DNA from: an uncultured Bacteroidales bacterium
Lineage (GTDB): Bacteria; Bacteroidota; Bacteroidia; Bacteroidales; UBA4417
Length of the DNA stretch: 54,423 nt
Direction of reading: 5' to 3'
NCBI GenBank assembly: GCA_903822525.1
Contig: CAIJPI010000111.1
Location: forward strand, 1 to 54,423
The position numbers were made by a program, and so were the translations under genes. Shown in pieces: positions 47,060-54,423 of this stretch. How positions within the stretch are numbered: the first letter of the stretch is position 1; each line of letters begins with the position of its first letter. The notes under the pieces are model-generated. The model was not told where the DNA came from and searched no databases. It worked only from the letters and a program-made list of their open reading frames with translations.

Positions 47060-47560
47060 CTATAATTTCACATTCTTTAACCGCTCGACTATTTCAAACA
47101 CTGCCGGGCAGGTTTCCATATTTTTTAGTGTAATATTCAGAACCTGTTGCATCCGCCGCCGATCGGTATGGGGGTAATCGCGGCAGGCACGGGGGCGGTT
47201 TTCATAAATTTTACAGTAATTATCCTCACCCAGGAAAGGGCACGGCATCGTCCTGAATACATAATCCTGATCCTCATCCAACCGAAGATATTTTGCAGTA
47301 AGCTCTGATGGCTTAATTTTTAAGGCTGAGGAAACCCGGCGTATATCTGCATCAGTGATCCTTGGCCCCAGCGATCTGCAGCAGTTGCCACAATCGAGGC
47401 AGTTAACTTCCTCAAATACCTCCTCATGAAGGCGGTGAAAAGCATCATCCACTTTTCCAGGGTCTCTGCCGGAAAGCTGACGAAAAAAAGTAGAATTTTC
47501 TTTCTTTTTCTTTGCTGCCTGCAATTGTAATGCATCCAATAACTGGGGAGTGATTTTCAT
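47060..47560 (-). CDS. YkgJ-family cysteine-cluster (Fe/Zn-binding) protein
   Basis: 166 aa. CLDCGNCC (CxxCxxCC) and a later MPCPFL...C...YENRPRACRDYP. Confidence 0.8.
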   Translation of the reverse strand: MKITPQLLDALQLQAAKKKKENSTFFRQLSGRDPGKVDDAFHRLHEEVFEEVNCLDCGNCCRSLGPRITDADIRRVSSALKIKPSELTAKYLRLDEDQDYVFRTMPCPFLGEDNYCKIYENRPRACRDYPHTDRRRMQQVLNITLKNMETCPAVFEIVERLKNVKL

Positions 47561-47649
47561 ATCTGCCAGGCAGTATAGAAGAATATTAAATTAAACTGAA
47601 ATAAAGAGTCCTGAACTCAGGGATAGCTTATCAGTAACTAAACTCCAAA

Positions 47650-48396
47650 TTAAGAGATCCCTCTTTCTTTCTTTACCTGTTCGTACGAAGCATTCAAATC
47701 CTGGAATTTAGCGTTGGCGGCTTTTTGCACATCATCACCAAGGTGTGCAACCCGATCGGGATGATATTTAAGAGCCATACGGCGGTATGCTTTTTTGAGT
47801 TCCTCGTCGGAGGCATCAGGTGTGACTTCAAGAACCCTGTAAGCGCTGGTAGTATCTTTGACGAACATAGCTTTGATACTTTCAAAATCACTATTCCTGA
47901 TGCCGAGTATTCCAGCAATCCGGGTGATAAGTTGTAGCTCGGCAGCATGAACCTGGGAGTCGGCAGCGGCCAGGCCAAACAGAAAATGCATAAGTTGCAG
48001 ACGCGAAGGGTATTCCATATACTGCTTTATCTGAACACCAACCTGTTGCAGATCATATTCTTTCTTTAGAAGTTCGCGTAAAATCAGAAGCTGCCTTTCG
48101 GCTTCATCCGAACCGAATTGCTGTAGCAAAAACCTTCTAACAAAGTCAAGTTCCGACCGCAGCACCTTCTGATCCGATTTCATAACAGCCGAAGCGAGAA
48201 TCAGCAAACTGAGAATAAAATCGTTGGGCGTAGTTTGTGGAGTATTGAAATTAGGCTGCTTATGCGGTTCATATTCATATTTACCACTTTGCATTCCATC
48301 GATCATGGAGCCTAATGCGAAACCAAGTATAGCACCTATCGGTCCACCTGCTGCCCACCCTATACCTCCACCAAGCCATTTGAGAAATTTTGCCAT
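47650..48396 (-). CDS. DjlA-like co-chaperone (N-terminal Gly-rich TM, TerB-like domain, C-terminal J domain)
   Basis: 248 aa. J-domain [31 protein letters not shown] at the C-terminus. Glycine-zipper helix [23 protein letters not shown] at the N-terminus. Confidence 0.8.
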   Translation of the reverse strand: MAKFLKWLGGGIGWAAGGPIGAILGFALGSMIDGMQSGKYEYEPHKQPNFNTPQTTPNDFILSLLILASAVMKSDQKVLRSELDFVRRFLLQQFGSDEAERQLLILRELLKKEYDLQQVGVQIKQYMEYPSRLQLMHFLFGLAAADSQVHAAELQLITRIAGILGIRNSDFESIKAMFVKDTTSAYRVLEVTPDASDEELKKAYRRMALKYHPDRVAHLGDDVQKAANAKFQDLNASYEQVKKERGIS

Positions 48397-48521
48397 TGCG
48401 TAATTGGATTATTCTGCAAAAGTATATAAACTGTGAAATTGGCTGTTAAATAAGTCATAACCTTTGTTAAAATTACTAATGCAACATTCAGGAGTGCTAT
48501 TTCTCAATATTTCAGAAAAAC

Positions 48522-48547
48522 AAAAGGCCACCCTGAGGCAGCCTTTT
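48522..48547 (-). terminator. intrinsic terminator after the saccharopine dehydrogenase gene
   Basis: Stem AAAAGGC / GCCTTTT with a 12-nt loop. Read on the minus strand it is followed by TTGTTTTTC. Confidence 0.5.
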
Positions 48548-48569
48548 GAAACAAGTTTATCCTTAAAAC

Positions 48570-49907
48570 TTAGCTGATACGTTCGCTCAGTGGAAGACCG
48601 TACTCTTCAACCATGCAGATGTCGAGTTTTTCGAGTTCGTCAAGAATAGGATTGTATATTCCGGGAAGAACCGGGCGGAAAACTCCTTTTTCGGTTATCT
48701 GTCCGGCAAGTATCATTTCGACACCGATTGCGGCAGGTAAAGCAACTGTGCGGGCTACCGAAGTATCAGTAGCAGGAGTGCCAAAATCGAGCATACGTGA
48801 GCGGATCACTTCCTGTTTGCCGTCAGGATAGGTTGCCAGAAATGTATGTTGCATGGCAACCATGTCGCGTTCGTTCTGTCCAAGTTCCATTTTTGCAATC
48901 ATCAGATCGCTGGTAACTTCGTACGGTGAATCTTCGGTCCGGTTTAGCGGTTCGTTGCTGAATAAACCAAGCCATTCCATAGCATCGAGAGCGTATGCAT
49001 CGGCATTCATTCCAAGATGGGCTGCCACTTTCTGACGGATACCACTACTATCAGTTTCTCCTATTTGTTGTGCAATAAAGTCAGCGTATGTTTTGTTCAA
49101 CAGGTTAACTTTATCGTACGAAATCAGGTTGAGCTGCTTCATAGCATGCAGGGTTTCGCACCAGCCTTTATAACGGAAAGTTCCCCGCTGAATGGTTTTT
49201 ACTTCAGGGATACCGTAAATTTCGATATATGAAATGGAGTCACGGTTCGGGTACACTTCTAACTGACCTACTTCAGGGAAATTAACCTTAAGTGGACTTT
49301 TGAATAAATTTTCAGTCGGGACATACACTTCAAGATTATCTTTCATGTATTTGCCATCGTTATTTCCGGCCATTACAACGCCTTTGGGACTCCATGAAAA
49401 TTTGTATTTAAATGGGTTTGAAGCAGCTTCGGGAGCGGGCAGTGCGCCGCAAATGGAATAGAATTCTTCTATTTTTCCACCTTTGTTGTGCACGTTATCG
49501 ATAATGCGCATTGCCGACATATGATCGATACCCGGATCGAGTCCCAGTTCGTTCAGAATGATGATACCGGCTTCCTTTGCCTGTGCATCAAGAGCCTGCA
49601 TTTCAGGTTTTACATACGATGTGGTAACCATGTTCTTTTTGTGCAAAAGACAGTATTTTGCAACCAGCAAGTGATGCAGATACGGCAGCAGACTGACCGA
49701 AAGGTCGTGTCCTGCAACCATCTGGCTCAGAGTTTCTTCATCTTCAACGGTCCAGGCTACAGCGATGCCGTTAGGATGGCCGGCAATCATTTCTTCGGCT
49801 TTACTTTTGGTACGTGTTGCCACAGTTACCTGGATGCCTTTGTTGAGCAAGTGTTTTACGATAGGGCGGACCACCAGGCCAGCACCCAGAATAAGGACTT
49901 TCTTCAT
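48570..49907 (-). CDS. saccharopine dehydrogenase (SDH half of the AASS-type pathway)
   Basis: 445 aa. KKVLILGAG, ELGLDPGIDHMSAM, NPFKYKFSWSPKGVVMAG, EVYPNRDSISYIEIYGI and RGTFRYKGW align by eye with the SDH domain of animal AASS. Confidence 0.85.
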   Translation of the reverse strand: MKKVLILGAGLVVRPIVKHLLNKGIQVTVATRTKSKAEEMIAGHPNGIAVAWTVEDEETLSQMVAGHDLSVSLLPYLHHLLVAKYCLLHKKNMVTTSYVKPEMQALDAQAKEAGIIILNELGLDPGIDHMSAMRIIDNVHNKGGKIEEFYSICGALPAPEAASNPFKYKFSWSPKGVVMAGNNDGKYMKDNLEVYVPTENLFKSPLKVNFPEVGQLEVYPNRDSISYIEIYGIPEVKTIQRGTFRYKGWCETLHAMKQLNLISYDKVNLLNKTYADFIAQQIGETDSSGIRQKVAAHLGMNADAYALDAMEWLGLFSNEPLNRTEDSPYEVTSDLMIAKMELGQNERDMVAMQHTFLATYPDGKQEVIRSRMLDFGTPATDTSVARTVALPAAIGVEMILAGQITEKGVFRPVLPGIYNPILDELEKLDICMVEEYGLPLSERIS

Positions 49908-49988
49908 TGTGTTTTATTTGGGTTTAAACAGTGTTTTACATTTGGGTATACACATAATCAGGTATCCCTGATTACAGCAATTCATTTT

Positions 49989-51305
49989 TTACAATTCATT
50001 CAAATGAGTTTCCAGGTACTTGTATTGGGGCGTAAGCTCACCACGGTGAAGGATTAATGCGCTCTTAATGGCCCGTGGCAGATCGAGTGCTTCAAAATCA
50101 TCATTGAAATCGCAATCGGCAATAGCTTTTACATAATTTATAAGCACATCAGCAAAGCCGGCTGATGAATCCCTGGGCAGTTCACTTGGAAGAATATCAA
50201 CCGACATCACCAGCACACCGTTGCCTGTATGGCCCATGGTGTGGGTGCGTGAATCAGGATGATAAACAAAAATCGGATCCTCTATTTCGGTGCCTTTTTC
50301 GGTACATTCAACTGAGCCATGTACATCGCATGAAATATCGCCGATCACTCTCAGTTTGGGAGTCCCTGATTCAAACAGTTTTTGGAGATAATCCTTGGTA
50401 ACCAGTTTAGGATAGCGGGCATCCCAATAAATGCAGTTAATAAGCATATCGATATAAGGAATGTATTGTTCGAATTTGCTTTTGAATTTTTCGGGGGAAT
50501 TGTAATATTCGTGCAGATCGAAATTCTCATTTTCATTTATGGGCTCGACCAGGTGTTCTTCTTTAAAGACAACCTTATAGATTAGATTATCGGGGAGTTT
50601 GCTTCGCTGCTTCAGCGAAAGTAGTTTTTCGGGCGAAATTTCTTTTACCGGCAGCAGGCCTATAATTTCCTGCGCTCCCTGCGATACGTTACCATAACCG
50701 GTAAATGCCACGGTAAACGGGCGTAATTCTTCCGGCATTCCTTTTTCGGCAATCTCCTGCCCTACTGCTGATATAACTTCACGAACTTCGGCCAGTGAAC
50801 TGTACTGATGAGCCTGCCTGATCTGTTCAAAAGGCGTCTTATAGCCTGCTTCCTTTAAACGGAGGCCCATTGACCATAAGGAATTGATCATACCGGCCAA
50901 ACCTGCATACCTGCCGAAGAATATCAGCCTTTTGCCCTGCTCATCAACAACGCGCTCATAATCAATCAGATTACATTTCGTCTCCATCATTTTACGGAGC
51001 ATGGGCATGTTGTATGACTGACCTTTAATAACATGTGAGAAGAAGATATATGTCTTATCCGCTTCGAAAAACGAAACCGGCATTTCTTTAACACCGAAAA
51101 TAACGCTGCATTCCTTAAGGTCCGTGGCTATTCTGGCTCCTGCCTGAATGTATTCCTCATCGGTGAACACTCTTTTTTCGGACGTCTGAACTACGAAGTC
51201 AAGTTTCTTGTTTTTTATCAGCCGCTCCACATGTTTAGGGGTAAGGGGAGCTCTGCGTTCCATCACGTATTTATCTTCGTGGCGTATTCCTATAAAGTTA
51301 CTCAT
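49989..51305 (-). CDS. lysine-ketoglutarate reductase-like (LKR half; alanine dehydrogenase/PNT-fold)
   Basis: 438 aa. IGIRHEDKYVMERRAPLTPKHV, FGVKEMP, YIFFSHVIKGQSYNMPML, LIDYERVVDEQGKRLIFFGRYAGLAGMIN align by eye with the LKR domain of animal AASS. Confidence 0.8.
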   Translation of the reverse strand: MSNFIGIRHEDKYVMERRAPLTPKHVERLIKNKKLDFVVQTSEKRVFTDEEYIQAGARIATDLKECSVIFGVKEMPVSFFEADKTYIFFSHVIKGQSYNMPMLRKMMETKCNLIDYERVVDEQGKRLIFFGRYAGLAGMINSLWSMGLRLKEAGYKTPFEQIRQAHQYSSLAEVREVISAVGQEIAEKGMPEELRPFTVAFTGYGNVSQGAQEIIGLLPVKEISPEKLLSLKQRSKLPDNLIYKVVFKEEHLVEPINENENFDLHEYYNSPEKFKSKFEQYIPYIDMLINCIYWDARYPKLVTKDYLQKLFESGTPKLRVIGDISCDVHGSVECTEKGTEIEDPIFVYHPDSRTHTMGHTGNGVLVMSVDILPSELPRDSSAGFADVLINYVKAIADCDFNDDFEALDLPRAIKSALILHRGELTPQYKYLETHLNEL

Positions 51306-51420
51306 GAGGTGATATTACATTGATATTAGCAACATATTAATACTTATTTTTTTGAATATCAGAGACTTAATACCTTTAAGTGAATCGCTGATAAGCACGG
51401 CAAACATATCAAAAAATTAA

Positions 51421-51428
51421 TACATTTG
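51421..51428 (+). promoter_or_regulatory. -7 promoter box TACATTTG
   Basis: TAnnTTTG overlaps the TTG start of the longest ORF (51426) and lies 40 nt upstream of the ATG at 51468. Confidence 0.45.
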
Positions 51429-51467
51429 CACCATACGATTAAAATTGTTTTTCCAATCACTATATAC

Positions 51468-52184
51468 ATGAGCCAGCAAGGCAAAACATCACGTTTTCAG
51501 AGAGTTAAAAAATACATTTTCCGGATTATCCGCTATGGCCTGATTTTGTTTTTTGGAAGCAGTATTTTTTTCACCTTGTTATATCGCTTTGTGAATCCGC
51601 CCGTCACTCCTCTGATGCTGATTCGTGTAGTGGAGAATATTGCTGATGGCAAAAAACCTTCAATCAACAAGGACTGGGTATCTATTGAGGATATTTCCAA
51701 AAACCTGGTGCTGGCTGTTATTGCATCAGAAGACAATAATTTTGAAAGCCATTACGGTGTTGATTTTAAAGCCATTGAAAAAGCCAATAAACTGAATAAA
51801 CGGGGAAAGAAGATCCGCGGTGCAAGCACGATCACGCAACAAACGGCTAAAAACACTTTCCTTTGGCCTGCCCGCACCTATGTGCGCAAAGGACTTGAGC
51901 TGTACTTTACAGGCCTTGTTGAACTGGTTTGGGGGAAGAAGAGAATTATGGAGGTATACCTGAATGTGATCGAAATGGGCGATGGCATATACGGAGCCGA
52001 AGCAGCATCACAGGAGTATTTTCATAAATCATCAAAAAAACTGTCAAGTGCTGAAGCTGCTTCCATTGCCGCTGTGCTGCCTAATCCACGAAAATGGAGA
52101 CCTGACCGACCAACCGCGTACATTGCCCGAAAAAAATCATGGATCCTGTGGAATATGAATAATGTGGTAAGGCCTGATTGGTAA
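51468..52184 (+). CDS. mtgA: monofunctional peptidoglycan glycosyltransferase (GT51)
   Basis: 238 aa from the ATG at 51468. An N-terminal TM, then EDNNFESHYGVD, RGASTITQQTAKN and RKGLE motifs. Confidence 0.88.
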   Translation: MSQQGKTSRFQRVKKYIFRIIRYGLILFFGSSIFFTLLYRFVNPPVTPLMLIRVVENIADGKKPSINKDWVSIEDISKNLVLAVIASEDNNFESHYGVDFKAIEKANKLNKRGKKIRGASTITQQTAKNTFLWPARTYVRKGLELYFTGLVELVWGKKRIMEVYLNVIEMGDGIYGAEAASQEYFHKSSKKLSSAEAASIAAVLPNPRKWRPDRPTAYIARKKSWILWNMNNVVRPDW

Positions 52185-52400
52185 GATACAGAAACAACTG
52201 CCGGCAGGAATCATGATAAATGCGGACAGAGAGGGAAATCAATTATTTAAAATGCGTGTTCAGCCCAACTATTACGATTAAACCTGGTAGTCAAACATTT
52301 AAAGTACCCATAAAAATCCTTTTCTCAGTGTAAATCAATTCTGTAAAATAAAATTACAAAATGCATACATGTAATTGATTTCATAATAAATACAAAAACT

Positions 52401-53150
52401 GTGAACACCAGCATACTGACCCCTGCCAAGAAAACATTTTCAACCCTTTTTATTTTAGCAATCTTACTTACGATAAGTTCGTGCACACCGGGTGTTTCAA
52501 CCAGCCAGATAAAGGCCTATGCGCCCCTGGACCCAAAGCAGGAAGTAATTGTTTTTGGAATTGACCAGCAAACTCCTGCCGATGCGGAAATCATCAAACA
52601 GATCAGGACCGGAGATAAAGGTTTTTCGCCAGACCCCAATTTCGACATTGTTATCCGGCAGGCAAAGTTTCAAGCCCGTAAATCAGGCGGGAATGCCATC
52701 AAAATAATTGAACACAGGGCACCAACCGCTTTTGGGAGCCCGGTGCACAGAATTACAGCCGATATATTAAGAATCCCTAATGTCGAAGAATTATACATGA
52801 ATGAAACGGAAGAAATAATTCCGGGTGCGGATTTCGCACTTTTACATGTTTTCAGATATGGCGGCTACGGGTTTTTGATTAGTTATAACTTAGTGCTGGG
52901 CGACTCTGTGTTATGTAAAGTTCGCAGTAACTTTTCAAAAACCATCATGTTAAAAAAGGAGGGGCCGAATATTCTATGGGCTCAGACAGAGGCAAGATCG
53001 CAGGCACTTATCGATATTAAGTTTGGAAGAGAGTATTACCTCCGATGCAGCATTAACACTGGCGCGGCAGTCGGTATTCCGAAACTGGAATTGGTTGACA
53101 GCGCTACAGGAAAATCGGAACTTAAAGCAATTGAACTGAATAATAATTAG
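52401..53150 (+). CDS. hypothetical lipoprotein
   Basis: 249 aa with a GTG start. Signal plus lipobox LAILLTISSC. No family recognised. Confidence 0.55.
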   Translation: MNTSILTPAKKTFSTLFILAILLTISSCTPGVSTSQIKAYAPLDPKQEVIVFGIDQQTPADAEIIKQIRTGDKGFSPDPNFDIVIRQAKFQARKSGGNAIKIIEHRAPTAFGSPVHRITADILRIPNVEELYMNETEEIIPGADFALLHVFRYGGYGFLISYNLVLGDSVLCKVRSNFSKTIMLKKEGPNILWAQTEARSQALIDIKFGREYYLRCSINTGAAVGIPKLELVDSATGKSELKAIELNNN

Positions 53151-53326
53151 TGCTATCATGTCTGTTATAAACTGAATATGCCCTGATAATACCAGCCAGT
53201 TCCAAAAATCAATCCCTTCTATTCATTTCTTCATTAGCAAGATTTTGAAATTGCTAAGCTGACCATTTTTATATGTAATACAACCTCCGTTTGGCCGGAT
53301 TCTTAAATTAGTTGTATTTTGCACGC

Positions 53327-54423
53327 TTGAAACGAAACATTGAGTTACTTGCACCAGGCGGTGATCTGGATTCCATTAAAGCTGCAATAGCCGCAGGAGC
53401 GGATGCCGTGTACTGTGGCCTGGATAAATTCAATGCCCGAAACCGGGCCTCCAATATCAGCTTCGACGATTTAAACGGGATTCTACGCCTTGCTCATAAA
53501 AACAACTGCCAGGTTTTTCTTACCCTTAATATCATAGTGGTCGACAGTGAAATCCCTGCTCTTTTTGTACTGCTGAATAAAATAGTAAATACCAGCATCG
53601 ATGGAATTATTGTTCAGGACATAGGACTGCTGTATCTTATCTCAACCTATTTTAAAGGTCTGAAGATTCATGCATCCACTCAGTTAACCACTCATAATGA
53701 AGGGCAAATACAGTTTTTAAGCAAACTGAAAGCGACCAGGGTTAACCTGTCAAGAGAATTGAATATCAGTGAGATAAAAGCGTTAACTGACATTGCTCAC
53801 CAAAACAATATGCTGACTGAGGTATTTGTTCACGGTTCCAACTGTATCTCTTTTTCGGGCATCTGTTATATGAGTTCAGTTCATGGCGGGAATTCAGGAA
53901 ACCGCGGCCGCTGCAGTCAGCCCTGCAGGGATCAGTATCAAACAACGCTTGCCGGCAAGGATTTTCCACTTAATCTGAAGGACAATTCAGCTTTTTCCGA
54001 TCTGAGGGCATTATCGGAAGCAGGTGTGGATTCCCTGAAGATTGAAGGAAGGATCAAGAAGTTCCATTATGTGTATACAGTGGTAGATGTATGGCGGAAA
54101 CAACTCCGGCGTTTTTATGAACAGGATGAGGTAAGCCCTGACAACAGTGAACTGCATAAAGTATTTAACCGCGATTTTTCAAACTCTTTCCTGAAAGGAA
54201 AAATCAGTAAGGATATGTTTATCGACAATCCCCGCGATAATTCGGCTATCCATTTATCTGAATCCGATGGTTGTTCCACCGACGAAAAACTAGAGAAAGC
54301 AAAAGGCGATATTTACAACGAACGGACCGGAATTATAACTTCGGTAGAAGATAAAATTAACCAGCTCAGTTGTTCAAAAGCACCATTGGTACTCAGCATT
54401 TCCGGGCAATGTGGCACTCCTCT
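53327..54423 (+). CDS. peptidase U32-family protein, 5' part (runs off the right edge)
   Basis: The frame is open from the stop at 53309..53311 to the window end. The probable start is TTG at 53327 (or 53312). ELLAPGGDLDSIKAAIAAGADAVYCG, and the U32 signature region EVFVHGSNCISFSGICYMSS...GNRGRCSQPCR. This ORF is not in the supplied track because it has no stop. Confidence 0.8.
   Translation, partial: MKRNIELLAPGGDLDSIKAAIAAGADAVYCGLDKFNARNRASNISFDDLNGILRLAHKNNCQVFLTLNIIVVDSEIPALFVLLNKIVNTSIDGIIVQDIGLLYLISTYFKGLKIHASTQLTTHNEGQIQFLSKLKATRVNLSRELNISEIKALTDIAHQNNMLTEVFVHGSNCISFSGICYMSSVHGGNSGNRGRCSQPCRDQYQTTLAGKDFPLNLKDNSAFSDLRALSEAGVDSLKIEGRIKKFHYVYTVVDVWRKQLRRFYEQDEVSPDNSELHKVFNRDFSNSFLKGKISKDMFIDNPRDNSAIHLSESDGCSTDEKLEKAKGDIYNERTGIITSVEDKINQLSCSKAPLVLSISGQCGTP

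Overview
This 54.4-kb chromosomal segment reads as Bacteroidota. Support: type IX secretion (T9SS) parts (a porT-like gene, a DUF5103 plug-like gene, one cargo with a Por_Secre_tail C-terminus), TAnnTTTG '-7' promoter boxes 20-40 nt upstream of many starts, and no obvious Shine-Dalgarno use. I count about 48 protein genes and one tRNA-Glu(UUC). I saw no rRNA, CRISPR, transposase, integrase or phage genes. Most genes are housekeeping: rpsT, rpsF-rpsR-rplI, dnaX, upp, ubiE, wecB, radC, mtgA, an aminotransferase, a heptose kinase, a GH20 hexosaminidase, ApbE, and split LKR/SDH lysine catabolism. Six things are not explained by ordinary annotation. (1) A self-contained three-gene minus-strand operon at 24579..28301: an outer-membrane (OM) beta-barrel candidate, a lipoprotein/TM protein of no family I recognise, and a radical SAM enzyme with a C-terminal Cys-rich SPASM/twitch-like region and no visible precursor peptide. 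This is my best candidate for an undescribed system, but its function is inference only. (2) Two copies of a 218-bp MITE-like element, each with its own 8-bp target-site duplication and each exactly 3 nt past a TAA stop codon. (3) A RES-toxin / Xre-DUF2384-antitoxin pair with candidate operator repeats. (4) A 505-aa protein stacking alphaCTD-like, sigma-70 region-4-like and two HARE-HTH-like modules. (5) A 1623-aa papain-like T9SS cargo. (6) An Ala/Gln-rich insertion of about 100 aa in a FadL-like OM protein. All family calls come from motif recognition by eye; no searches were run.
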